A stretch of DNA of 64,000 nt from Pseudonocardia sp. GTDB lineage: Bacteria > Actinomycetota > Actinomycetes > Mycobacteriales > Pseudonocardiaceae. Position numbers and translations under genes: made by a program. Positions 49,820 through 59,570 of this stretch are shown piece after piece. Position 1 is the stretch's first letter, and each line of letters opens with the position of its first letter. Below the pieces are notes generated by a model, which was given only the letters and a program-made list of their open reading frames with translations, ran no database searches and was not told where the DNA came from. Location: the NCBI GenBank assembly GCA_050701055.1, contig JBOHEO010000003.1, positions 806-64,805 on the forward strand, in the 5' to 3' direction.

Positions 49820-50695
49820 ATGCCGAACCTGCGCTACGACGTCGTGGACGTCTTCACCGACCGGCCTTACGCCGGCAACCCGCTCGCCGTCGTGCACGGC
49901 GCGATCGACCTGTCCACCTGGCAGATGCAGCAGGTCGCGGCCGAGTTCGGACTGTCGGAGACGGCATTCCCCCTTCCGCCGACGGTGGCCGGGGCGGACT
50001 ACCGGCTGCGGATCTTCACCCCGACCCGGGAGCTGCCCTTCGCCGGCCACCCGAGTGTCGGCACGGCGTGGGTGCTGGCCGGGGCCGGGCTGATCCGCAC
50101 CGGGAACGTGGTGCAGGAGTGCGGAGCGGGGTTGTTGCCGGTTCAGGTCGATGCCGGTGGGGCGCAGGTCGGGGGTGGGGCGCCCGCGGTCGGTCCGCTG
50201 CTGGACGGCCCGGGGCTGGCGGCGACGGTCGGGTTGCGGGCCGAGGACGTCGATCCCGCCGCCCCGGCCGGTGTGGCGTCGGCCGGGGCGGCGTACGCGT
50301 TCCTCGCCGTGCGCCCGGACGCGGTCACTCGCGCCGAACCCGACACCGCCGCCTTGCGCGCGGCCACCCGCGACCTGACCGGCCTCGCGGTCGTCGCGTT
50401 CGGCCCGTCCCCCTGGCATGCGCACATGCGGATGTTCGCCCCGCAGGCCGGGGTGGTCGAGGACCCGGCGACCGGGTCCGCCGCGGTCGCGCTCGGCGTG
50501 TTCCTCGTCGACCGCGGCGTGCTCGCGGCCGAGGGGCAGACCGGTTTCACGGTCGCGCAGGGAGCGGAGATGGGCCGACCGTCGCAGCTGCAGGTCCTCG
50601 TGCACGCGCATGGCGGGGCGGCGGTGGGGACGTCGGTGCGTGGCGGCGTGGCCGCGGTGACGCGCGGCGAGCTGGTGGCGCTACCGCCGTCGTGA
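49820..50695 (+). CDS. PhzF-family isomerase
   Basis: [48 protein letters not shown]. Confidence 0.94.
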   Translation: MPNLRYDVVDVFTDRPYAGNPLAVVHGAIDLSTWQMQQVAAEFGLSETAFPLPPTVAGADYRLRIFTPTRELPFAGHPSVGTAWVLAGAGLIRTGNVVQECGAGLLPVQVDAGGAQVGGGAPAVGPLLDGPGLAATVGLRAEDVDPAAPAGVASAGAAYAFLAVRPDAVTRAEPDTAALRAATRDLTGLAVVAFGPSPWHAHMRMFAPQAGVVEDPATGSAAVALGVFLVDRGVLAAEGQTGFTVAQGAEMGRPSQLQVLVHAHGGAAVGTSVRGGVAAVTRGELVALPPS

Positions 50696-50814
50696 CCGGT
50701 CCTGGCCTCGTGCGGGAGAGAAAACCAGCACCACGATGCCCACCCGTGGAGCAGTCGTGCCAGCATCGTCGCAACTGTGGCTGGAGAAGCTGCCGAGTCG
50801 ACGGGGAGTTCGTC

Positions 50815-51777
50815 GTGAGTGCCACCCGCAACCGTGCCCGCCGATCGTGCCTCGCGGTGCCCGGTTCCAGCCAGAAGTTCATCGACAAGGCCCGGGGGCT
50901 ACCCGCCGACCAGGTCTTCCTCGACCTCGAGGATGCCTGCGCGCCACTCGCCAAGCCGGATGCCCGGAAGACCATCGTGGCCGCGCTCAACGAGGGTGGC
51001 TGGGGCGACAAGATCCGGGTCGTCCGGGTGAACGACTGGAGCACCGAGTGGACCTACCGCGACGTCACCGAGGTCGTCGAGGGCGCCGGCGCGAACCTCG
51101 ATGCGATCATGCTGCCGAAGGTGCAGACCCCGGAGCAGGTCGTCGCGCTCGATCTCCTGATCACCCAGATCGAGAAGACCATGGGCTACGAGGTCGGCAG
51201 GATCGGCATCGAGGCGCAGATCGAGAACGCCCTGGGTCTGATCAACTCCCCGGCCATCGCCACCGCGTCGTCGCGGGTGGAGACACTCGTCTTCGGTCCG
51301 GCCGACCTCATGGCGTCGATCACCATGAAGAGCCTGGTCGTCGGGGAGCAGCCGCCCGGCTACGACGTGGGTGACGCTTACCACCACATCCTGATGAGCA
51401 TCCTGGTGGCCGCGCGGGCGCACGACAGACAGGCCATCGATGGCCCGTTCCTGCAGATTCGCGACGTCGACGCGTTCCGCCGGGTGGCGGACCGTTCGGC
51501 GGCGCTGGGCTTCGACGGCAAGTGGGTGCTGCACCCCGGTCAGATCGATGCCGCGAATGAGGCGTACAGCCCGTTGCAGCGCGACTACGACCACGCCGAG
51601 AACATCCTCGACGCCTACGGGTACTCCACCTCCGAGGCCGGTGGGCTGAGGGGCTCGGCCATGATCGGCGACGAGATGATCGACGAGGCGAGCCGGAAGA
51701 TGGCCCTTGTCATCGCGGGCAAGGGGCGGGCCGCGGGTATGGAGCGCACCGACCGCTGGACCCCGCCGGAGGCCTGA
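50815..51777 (+). CDS. HpcH/CitE-family CoA-ester lyase (malyl-CoA lyase-like)
   Basis: RRSCLAVPGS, FLDLEDAC, IMLPKV, AQIENA, GFDGKWVLHPGQ, EMIDEA. Confidence 0.93.
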   Translation: MSATRNRARRSCLAVPGSSQKFIDKARGLPADQVFLDLEDACAPLAKPDARKTIVAALNEGGWGDKIRVVRVNDWSTEWTYRDVTEVVEGAGANLDAIMLPKVQTPEQVVALDLLITQIEKTMGYEVGRIGIEAQIENALGLINSPAIATASSRVETLVFGPADLMASITMKSLVVGEQPPGYDVGDAYHHILMSILVAARAHDRQAIDGPFLQIRDVDAFRRVADRSAALGFDGKWVLHPGQIDAANEAYSPLQRDYDHAENILDAYGYSTSEAGGLRGSAMIGDEMIDEASRKMALVIAGKGRAAGMERTDRWTPPEA

Positions 51778-51823
51778 GTGACGCGTTCGCATGCCGTGTG
51801 AACGGGTGGCCGTACGCTGTCGG

Positions 51824-52240
51824 CATGCAGGCACGCGGTCTCGAGCGGCTCGAGGTGCTGAGGTTCACCTCCATTGTCGATGCTGCGGTCGACCTGGGTC
51901 CGCTGAATGTCCTCGTCGGAGCCAATGGCACGGGAAAGAGCAACCTCGTCAGGGTGCTCGAGCTGCTCGGTCGGCTGGTTGACGAGGAGCTGCAGATCCA
52001 CGTTGCGCGTTCGGGGCGACCATCGGCTGGGCGAGCGGTTGCACGGCGAGGCAGCGCAGGCCGGAGGACCTGAACTCGTCGACGACGGACCGAACAGCGC
52101 GCCGCCGAAACGACTGCTGCGCCATTGCCCGACATACACCAAGACCGGGGACGGGCCGCAGGCGATCAGCGCTGCCGGCCTTGCGGTGGTCCGCTCCCGA
52201 TGCCCGCACCTCGATGCGTGGCTGACGACACTCGATGGCC
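51824..52240 (+). pseudogene. Collapsed ABC/AAA_21 ATPase plus DUF4276-like pair
   Basis: LNVLVGANGTGKSNL (Walker A) joined by a deletion to PELVDDGPNSAPPKRL...YTKTGDG...RSRCPHLDAWL. Confidence 0.75.
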
Positions 52241-52305
52241 GATGCACTGGAGCGGAACCGTCGGGATACTGCGGAGTAGTCCGCGAACCGTGAGAAAGTC
52301 GTAGC

Positions 52306-52432
52306 ATGGCTCGCCTCGTCCAGACCGCCGGTCTGACCGAGATCCAGCAGGTGAACGCGGCGCGGCTCAAGGACTCCGGCCAACGTTTCGACGTCGAGTC
52401 CGGGATGGCCAAGCTACTCGCGTCGGAGTACT
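52306..52432 (+). pseudogene. Acyl-CoA dehydrogenase remnant (methylsuccinyl-CoA dehydrogenase-like) with large internal deletion
   Basis: N-terminal MARLVQTAGLTEIQQ fused directly to the late motif VNAARLKDSGQRFDVESGMAKLLASEY. Confidence 0.75.
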
Positions 52433-52559
52433 CAGTCGGGGACTGCCGCGGGAGTACAAGTCGCGCGCGTAGGTGTGAGGATCTCTATGGGTGGGCAAGC
52501 TGTGCAGGTACTCACGCTGAGATGATGAGCTTGCGCCCGATCCCTCTAGGAGGAGGCTC

Positions 52560-53078
52560 GTGACCACACCGTTCGGCGGCCCCGCGCGTACCGCGTCCGG
52601 CCTGCCCAACCTGCCGACGCCGCCCACGGGCTGGCCGGTCGGCTCATACGCCACCTATGCGGAGGCACAGCGCGCGGTCGATCATCTTGCCGATACGGAT
52701 TTCCCGGTGCGCGACGTGACCATCGTCGGGGTCGACCTGATGCTCGTCGAACGGGTGATCGGGCGGCTCACGTGGGGTCGGGTGCTGGTCTCCGGCGCCG
52801 CTTCCGGCGCATGGACAGGGCTGTTCGTCGGCCTGCTGCTGAGCCTGTTCTCGTCCAGCGCCACACCCTTCGGCCCGATCCTGGCCGGTCTCGCGATCGG
52901 TATCCTGTTCGGCATCGTGTTCGCCGCCGTCGGCTACGGGGCCGCTCGGGGACGGCGCGACTTCACCTCGTCCAGCCAGATGGTGGCCGGCCGCTACGAC
53001 GTGCTCTGCCAACCGCGCAACGCGGAGAAGGCCCGGGAGATGCTGGGCAAGCTCGCGATGGAGCCAAATCCCGAGTAG
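52560..53078 (+). CDS. General stress/YflT-domain membrane protein (Rv1234-like)
   Basis: GWPVGSYATYAEAQRAVDHLAD, VERVIGRLTWG, RDFTSSSQMVAGRYDVLC; AGGAGG SD. Confidence 0.92.
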   Translation: MTTPFGGPARTASGLPNLPTPPTGWPVGSYATYAEAQRAVDHLADTDFPVRDVTIVGVDLMLVERVIGRLTWGRVLVSGAASGAWTGLFVGLLLSLFSSSATPFGPILAGLAIGILFGIVFAAVGYGAARGRRDFTSSSQMVAGRYDVLCQPRNAEKAREMLGKLAMEPNPE

Positions 53079-53116
53079 ATCTCGTTTCGTTCCCGGGCGC
53101 GTGTCAGTATGCCGGA

Positions 53117-53902
53117 GTGAGTTCACGAGATACCGAGCGCATCTCGACGGCGGACCTACCGGGGGTGTTCGGCGAGCACGCTCGCAGCTACGACAAGCTG
53201 GTCGGGGCCAATCCGGGCTACCACGACCATCTGCGACTGTCCGCGCGGCGGATGGGGTTGCCCGGCCGCGGCGCCGGGCTGCGACTGCTGGACATCGGCT
53301 GTGGCACCGGCGCCTCCACCGCGGCCCTGCTGGACGCCGCACCGGAGGCGGAGATCGTCGCGGTGGACGCGTCGGTGGAGATGCTGGCCGAGGCCAAGCG
53401 TAAGGCCTGGCCGCCACGGGTGCGGTTCGTGCTGGGTACGGTGGAGGAGCTGGACGATGCGAAGATCATCGGACCGTTCGACGGGATCCTCGCCGCATAT
53501 CTGCTGCGCAACCTCGGGGATCGCAATGCCGCGCTGCGCCAGTTCCGCGAGCTGCTCAAGCCAGGGGCACCGCTGGCCGTGCACGACTACTCGGTTCAGG
53601 ACTCGCTCCGTTCCCGAATGGTCTGGACCACTGTCTGCTGGGCCATCATCATTCCGCTCGGCCGGATCCGCGCCGGATCCTCGGACCTGTACCGCTATCT
53701 GTGGCGTAGCGTGCTCGGCTTCGACGGCGTCACCGCGCTGAGCGCCCGGATGCGTGCGGTGGGCTTCACCGATATCCGGGTGCAGACCGTGCCGGGCTGG
53801 CAGCACGCCATCGTGCACACCTTCCTCGGCCGTCGCCCCGGTGGCGCCCCACCTCCCGACGATGACGCGACCCCGCCGGCGGGCATCGCGACCGGCGGTT
53901 AG
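53117..53902 (+). CDS. Class I SAM methyltransferase (CrtT-like)
   Basis: YDKLVGANPGYH, LDIGCGTGAST, AAYLLRNL, LYRYLWRSV, GWQHAIVHTF. Confidence 0.88.
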   Translation: MSSRDTERISTADLPGVFGEHARSYDKLVGANPGYHDHLRLSARRMGLPGRGAGLRLLDIGCGTGASTAALLDAAPEAEIVAVDASVEMLAEAKRKAWPPRVRFVLGTVEELDDAKIIGPFDGILAAYLLRNLGDRNAALRQFRELLKPGAPLAVHDYSVQDSLRSRMVWTTVCWAIIIPLGRIRAGSSDLYRYLWRSVLGFDGVTALSARMRAVGFTDIRVQTVPGWQHAIVHTFLGRRPGGAPPPDDDATPPAGIATGG

Positions 53903-53943
53903 TCGACCCACGCCAGCGCCGGTATCTCGGTCGGTGATCACCA

Positions 53944-54951
53944 TCAGTCGCGGGTGCGCAGCTCGTATCGGCGCTCGGCGTAGGCGATGTCGTCCCGCCA
54001 CAGCCGCTTCGCGACGATCACCATCAGCGGCCGCAACGCCCCGGCGACGCGCCGGGCATGTCCGAAGCCGGCACGGTCGGAGTGGGCGATCGTCGCCTCG
54101 ATGACGGCGGTTCGCGGTCGGCCATCCGGGCCGGGGCGCAGCGGGGTGGCGTGCGTCTCGACCACGCTGCCGGTGCCCTCGCCGTCGACGATCTCCATCG
54201 TGATCGTGCGCGGGTCGGGGCAGCTGAACTCGGCGTGCACCGGAACGCCGAAACCGCGGCCGACGGTGTAGGTCACCTCGACCCGGAACCGGTCCTCGGC
54301 GGGTGGGCAGTCGCGGACCGGCGGGGCGGAGAGCACCCGCAACGCGGCGAACGAGTACGGATGCAACCATGCGCCGTGCCACGGATCGAGCCGGTTCGCG
54401 ACCACGTCCTCCGGCTCGCAGCACCCGTTGATCGTCGCCACGGCGGCGATGCTGCGCTCCGCGGGCGGGCGCGGGCCGAGCACGGGGGCGTCGAGCAGCG
54501 GATCGGCGTCCAGTCGAACCCAGGCGAGCACGCCGTCATCATGCGCCGGCAGTGTCCGCCACCCGGCCCGTCCCTCGGGACCCAGGGCCAGCCCGTGCCA
54601 GCGGCACACCAACCGTCCGTCGTGCACGGGCGCGTCGCAGAGCGCCGCCCCGAGGTGCGGGCAGGACCCCGGGCCGACGTGCAGGGCACCGGCGTCGTCC
54701 CGCCAGGCCACCAACTCGCGACCCGCCACCACCCGGCCGAAGGCGCGCCCCGGCCGGATCTCGCGGCTCCCGGCGAGAACGAACCAGCCGCCGGATGGGC
54801 GGGCGAGGGCCCGGCGCAGCGCCGCGTTGATCACCGCGGGTTTCGCGTCGATCCACGACGGCTGCTGGTGGGCCCAGGCCTGCCGGTGCAGGCGGCGCAG
54901 TGGGCTTGCCCACCCGCCCCGCACCGGCGGTTCGGAGCGGTGCTCGATCAC
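53944..54951 (-). CDS. Rieske 2Fe-2S protein (DUF5914/CrtV-like)
   Basis: CPHLGA...CRWHG Rieske motif, ANRLDPWHGAWLHPYSF, SVVETHATP. Confidence 0.88.
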   Translation of the reverse strand: MIEHRSEPPVRGGWASPLRRLHRQAWAHQQPSWIDAKPAVINAALRRALARPSGGWFVLAGSREIRPGRAFGRVVAGRELVAWRDDAGALHVGPGSCPHLGAALCDAPVHDGRLVCRWHGLALGPEGRAGWRTLPAHDDGVLAWVRLDADPLLDAPVLGPRPPAERSIAAVATINGCCEPEDVVANRLDPWHGAWLHPYSFAALRVLSAPPVRDCPPAEDRFRVEVTYTVGRGFGVPVHAEFSCPDPRTITMEIVDGEGTGSVVETHATPLRPGPDGRPRTAVIEATIAHSDRAGFGHARRVAGALRPLMVIVAKRLWRDDIAYAERRYELRTRD

Positions 54952-54960
54952 GCCGTCAGG

Positions 54961-56067
54961 CTAGAGCCACTGGTTGCGCCGGAACACCCGGAACAGCCCG
55001 GTACAGATCATCGCGATCAGCAGCAGGATCGCCGGATAGCCGTACTGCCACCGCAGCTCGGGCATGACGTCGAAGTTCATCCCGTAGATTCCGGCGATCA
55101 TGGTGGGCACCGAGATCATGGCGGCGTACGAGGTGATCTTGCGCATGTCGTTGTTCTGCCGCATGGTGATCTTCGCCAGAGCGGCGTTGACCAGCGTGGT
55201 GAGCAGCTCGTCGAAGCCCGCGACCCGCTCGATGACGGTGACCAGGTGATCGTCCACGTCACGGAAGTAAGACCGAACGTCATGGGGCACCAGCGAACTG
55301 TAGCCCTCGGTCAGCTTGCGCAGCGGCGGTCCGAGCGGGACGACGGCCCGGCGCAGGTCGAGCACCTCGCGCTTCATGACATAGATCTGCTCGGAGTCCA
55401 TCGGGGACCGCGGGGTGAAGACTTGGGCCTCCATCTCCTCGATGTCGTCCTCAATGGCTTCGGTGACCTCCAGGTAGGTGTCCACGACGCGGTCGGCGAT
55501 CGCATGCAGCACCGCGGCCGGGCCCAGGGCCAGCTGCTCGGGATCGGCCTCCAACCTGCGCCGTACGTCGCGGAGCCCGGAGTGCTCGCCATGGCGCACC
55601 GTCACCACGAAATCGGGCCCGACGAACACCATGACCTCGCCGGTCTCGACGATCTCGTGCTCGGTCGTCGGCTGCGCCTGACCGACGTAGTTGACGGTCT
55701 TGAGCACCATGAACAACATGCCCTCGTAGCGCTCCAGCTTCGGGCGCTGGTGGGCCTGCACCGCGTCCTCGACAGCCAGCTCGTGCAGGCCGAAGACGTC
55801 GGCGATGCTGGTGATCTGCTCGCTGTCGGGTTCGTGCAGGCCGATCCAGGCGAAGCCCTCGCCGAGTCGGCGGACCTCGGCCAGGGCGCGGTCGTGGGTC
55901 CAGCGTCCGGGGAGCCGGATGCCGTCGAGGTAGACGGCGCAGTCGACGATGTAGGCCGACACCGGAACCCGCAGCTTCGGGAGCAGCGGTTCGATATGGC
56001 GAACGCCCTGGCGGGCGCGGGTGCCGACGGCGCGGATGGCGGGCCGGATTGCGGACAACGGCGGCAC
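54961..56067 (-). CDS. corA: Magnesium/cobalt transporter CorA
   Basis: WIGLHEP, LHELAVEDA, QNNDMRKI, GIYGMNF, MPELRW. Confidence 0.97.
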   Translation of the reverse strand: MPPLSAIRPAIRAVGTRARQGVRHIEPLLPKLRVPVSAYIVDCAVYLDGIRLPGRWTHDRALAEVRRLGEGFAWIGLHEPDSEQITSIADVFGLHELAVEDAVQAHQRPKLERYEGMLFMVLKTVNYVGQAQPTTEHEIVETGEVMVFVGPDFVVTVRHGEHSGLRDVRRRLEADPEQLALGPAAVLHAIADRVVDTYLEVTEAIEDDIEEMEAQVFTPRSPMDSEQIYVMKREVLDLRRAVVPLGPPLRKLTEGYSSLVPHDVRSYFRDVDDHLVTVIERVAGFDELLTTLVNAALAKITMRQNNDMRKITSYAAMISVPTMIAGIYGMNFDVMPELRWQYGYPAILLLIAMICTGLFRVFRRNQWL

Positions 56068-56149
56068 GGCGTACCTCCTGAAGTGTTCGGGGCGCGTCGA
56101 ATCGCGCTCGACGCGTCGGCGTGGGCCGCGTCCCGACTCGGAGGTATGC

Positions 56150-56206
56150 CTAGGTGATCACCGGAGAGGGGACGCGGTACGTACTGCAACCGGGTGCCGT
56201 CGGCAC
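56150..56206 (-). CDS. Putative corA leader peptide (MPTAPGCSTYRVPSPVIT)
   Basis: GAGGAGG SD lies 8 nt before GTG 56206. TAG at 56152-56150 is immediately followed by an anti-SD sequence. Confidence 0.6.
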   Translation of the reverse strand: MPTAPGCSTYRVPSPVIT

Positions 56207-56308
56207 CACGCCCACCTCCTCTGCCGTGCTCGGGGCCCGGACTCTTCGCCGGACCGCGGACCAGATTACGCCCTCACCCAGGGAATGTCGGTCAGGGAGG
56301 TGTTGACG

Positions 56309-56365
56309 TTGCAGCTCGGGCGCTGCTACGAGGAGTTCGAGGTCACCGGATGCTCCGCGCGATGA
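56309..56365 (+). pseudogene. MaoC-family dehydratase N-terminal stub (mesaconyl-CoA hydratase-like)
   Basis: GGGAGG SD, then (M)QLGRCYEEFEVTG, matching the MQFGRxYEEFEVG start of actinomycete MaoC proteins. Truncated. Confidence 0.6.
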
Positions 56366-56373
56366 TCTTCATT

Positions 56374-56968
56374 TGATCATAGGAAGCACATGGGCCCAGC
56401 GGCGCAAGACCGAGCCGTCGGATGTTACCGGCGATCACGGGTGGGTCCGCCTCGGTGTACTCGGGGCGCGCTCGGACCGTGTCGCCCGGCACAGCTCGGC
56501 CTTCGGTTTCGCGATCAGCTCGACGTCGTGCGAGTTCCCGGGGAGTCTGCCCCGCCATGCGGTCGGCCGGACCGCCTCCACGGCGTCGGGGAAGAGAAAC
56601 CACCCCGCCTCAATGATGATCTGTACTGGGACAACGGGTAGCCCGCCGATCGAGCTGAGCTGTGCCTCGAGCTGGTTGCTCGTTGCACCGGTGGTGTCTG
56701 GGCCGTCCGCGTCCCGGTGGACCACCAGGCGGCGACCGGCCCGCCGGCGCGGTGGACGCTGGACCGCCTTGTCGAGCTGGCTCACCCACCTGCGGACTGC
56801 GTCGTGCGTGGCCTCGCGGGTGAGGGAGATCGGCTTGGGCAACGCCTTGACGCGACGCTCACCGAGCGAGGTCTTGGCGGTCAGCAGCAGCTCTCGGATG
56901 CGCTGCGAGTCGTTGAGGTTCTCACCGAACACCAGCACCGTGCCACGTGCGTGTCGAGCAGGCCTCAC
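56374..56968 (-). pseudogene. TOPRIM-like (DUF4276/RloB-like) partner protein, frameshifted
   Basis: VLVFGENLND, LVVHRDADGPD, IEAGWFLFPDAV, PKAELCR; broken reading frame. Confidence 0.6.
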
Positions 56969-57652
56969 GCAGGGATCCCACCGATCGCACCGGCGAACCG
57001 GTTGCGGGCCCGCATTCGATCGAGCAGCACGTCGAGCGCGTAAGGGTGCAGCCCGTGGTCGATCTCCTCGATGGCGATGAACGGCGGCGGATCGGGCTGA
57101 TGGGGCGCGGTGAGCAGGGCGAGCAGCCGTACGGTGTCGTACGAGGCGTCGGCGAGATCGACGGGTCCGTCGACTCCCCGCTCCGCGAGCTGCACGGCGA
57201 CGGAGTTGGCCGGCCCGCCGACCGGGACCAGACGCAACTCCTCCAGACCCGGCAGACACCGTGACAGTTCGGCCGTCAGCAGTGCGAACGAGTCAGGATC
57301 CCACATCCGCAACTGGGTGAGGGTGACAGTGATTCTGCGCCCCTGGCCACTCTTGCGCTTGAAGGTGAACTCCTCGGTTCGCGAGATCGACTTACCGGTG
57401 CGTGGGGCCGGAAATCATACCGATCTGGGCAGTCGCTCTGGAGTAAGGGGTGATCAGGCCTTCGACGGTGATCGCGACCGTCCCGGACCTGGGAGCCGGC
57501 GTTGCACATGGTCGTAGCCCCGCCAGATGTCGAGGGCGGCGACGAGATCGAAACGCACAGTGGTGGTGAGGAAACGCAGCATGTTGAGCACGTTCGTCGC
57601 CGGAGCCGTTCGGTCCGATGAGGACGGTCAGATCACCCAGTCTGAGATCCAC
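56965..57652 (-). pseudogene. ABC/AAA_21 ATPase, frameshifted and deleted
   Basis: LTVLIGPNGSG (Walker A, then frameshift); DASYDTVRLLALL (degenerate signature); IAIEEIDHGLHPYAL (Walker B/D-loop). Confidence 0.75.
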
Positions 57653-58139
57653 CCGGGCCAGCGATCGGAAGTTGCGAGCCTAGACGCGGGTCAGCCGTCC
57701 TTCCATGATCATCCTCTCTCCGTGCGCGGTAACCGATCCGACGCGATCGGCACGCGAGACGATGACGCCCTCGTCGAGGACCCCCGGGGTGCTCGGGCAG
57801 CCTGAGGAGCTGCGCGCGATCTGACGCACCCAGTTCGGGGTGCTCGGCAACTGCGAGCGGTTGATGCGCACGACGCTGGTGGCCGCCAGGTACCCAAGGA
57901 CGTGTTCAAGGATCTTGAGCGCCTCGGCCCGCGCGCCGACCTCGGCCGCTACGGGCTGCCCGTCACCGGGGTCGTCCGCGAAACCGAGATGACCATCGCA
58001 CGCCGGGTTCGCTCGGCGAGCTGCTTGGGGCATGCCACGGCCGGCCCGGCCGGTGCGGACCACGTGCTATACGAGCGGTAGACAGCTCGGGTGACTGCCG
58101 TGCCGTCAGCCTCAGAATGGCGGCTCGTCCGGATACACC

Positions 58140-58335
58140 TTCGGTGGTGTGTGTGGTCGCGGCGGTTTGGTGGGGTGGCGGCCGGCTTAGGATGGGGCCG
58201 TCGATCACGAGTGTGGGCTCGTCGAAGGTGGGTCCCAGCTCGATCGGCTCCGGGTCGGGCATCGGCGGGAGGAACGTCTCGCCGCCGGTCTGATAGACGC
58301 CGCCGAGGGGGCTGGTCCATACGACCCCTGTGACG
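58140..58335 (-). pseudogene. DUF222/HNH endonuclease C-terminal fragment
   Basis: VVWTSPLGGVYQT followed by a Pro-rich tail. Confidence 0.5.
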
Positions 58336-59190
58336 AGACACACAGTCGGGAGCGGGTCGTCGACATGCTGGGCGAGAAGTCGCCGCTCTACGGGCGAGCT
58401 GGACATGCACGTCCGCTACCTGCCCACCAGCGACGGCGGCAGAGCAAAACTCGTACGTCCGGCCCCCTTCCTGATCGACGGAGGACACCGTCATGCCCGA
58501 CACCACCCCCAAACCAGTGGCCGCCACCAGGCCGGACGACCCCACCCCGATCGACGCCCTGTTCCCGGCTCAAGACGCATCGGGAGCGATGGCGGGCCGC
58601 GCGTCGGTCTCCGGCGCGTGCGGGCCCGAACCTCGGGTCTGAACATCGGCGACCAGATCTCCTACTGCTGCACTTCTTGTGTCTGCTGCCGGGCCTCCCG
58701 GCAGGGTGACACCGCGATGATCAACTCCCCGCGCCAACCGACATCCGAGCAGTCCATAGGCTGGGGGGCGCTCGACGCCCGCTGGGGACTGGAACGCGCC
58801 AACTCGCCTATTCGATGAGCCTGGCTGGCAATGCTCTGACTGGTGGCCCCCCTCTCATGCCGCCGAGCGCATCCCCCTGCCGCCGAGTACCGGCCGCGCC
58901 ACCCTGGCGTGCCTCTGCGGCGCCATGCTCGAACCTCGCCGACATGCACGCCCCCCGGCCGGAACGCCAGTGGCCCCGCAGCGAGACGACAATCGCCCCC
59001 TATCCTCTGCCGCGAGTGCGCGCGCAACGGGGCCTCCCGCTATCGCCCTCGGCGCTCACCTGGACTTGGTGTGCCGTGCCACGCGTGTTTGCGACACTAG
59101 GACGGGCTTGCTAGACCGACATCCACGGTGTGGCTAGCGTGCACGTCTCCCCTCGGACACACTCGATAGTCACACGCATGTACAGGGGCC

Positions 59191-59343
59191 TCCATGGAAT
59201 TGATGGACTCGACCGGTGGCCGGGAATCGGGGCACCGGCCACCGGTCGAGGTACTTCGTCGGGCGGGGGACCTGCGGCGTTCAGCGCCGTGCCGCCGGAT
59301 TTCGTCCGCGCGTGAGGCGATGGCGGCCATCGTGCACTGCCAC
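59191..59343. repeat. About 150-bp direct repeat copy A (WPC gene 3' end plus 16-bp hairpin)
   Basis: Matches 60255-60406. Hairpin 59208-59250 is CTCGACCGGTGGCCGG-11nt-CCGGCCACCGGTCGAG. Confidence 0.9.
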
Positions 59344-59570
59344 AGTGTCGGTGTCGGCTGGTCGTCGTCGCTCATCCACACCCTGCCTGTTAGCGTCCTG
59401 TGGTCACCGATGGCCGTTCTCATCTCGCGGGCCGTTCTCATCTCGCGCACGAACCGATCCCGCTCATCCGCATCACGCCTCAGACCCACGACAGGACGGA
59501 CGCCGTCATCCACGGTGGTGGTGGCCACCGCCCGCGCGGCCTCGGCCGGGATGCCGAGCCGTGCGAGCAC
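59270..59570 (-). pseudogene. Degenerate WPC-family paralog
   Basis: ...AIGDHRTLTGRVW...TLWQCTMAAIASRADEIRR. Contains an 18-bp tandem duplication at 59412-59447. Confidence 0.5.

Noticed and set aside
48790..51777. Apparent long fusion ORFs (995 aa here; also 14432-16288, 39555-41621, 33782-35413)
   Set aside because: Only the C-terminal part is a real gene; the extensions overlap other genes in different frames or strands.
57680..59100. Several short ORFs, including a CxxC...CxxC stretch near 59000-59100
   Set aside because: Fragmentary and without consistent starts; treated as unassignable debris apart from the HNH fragment.
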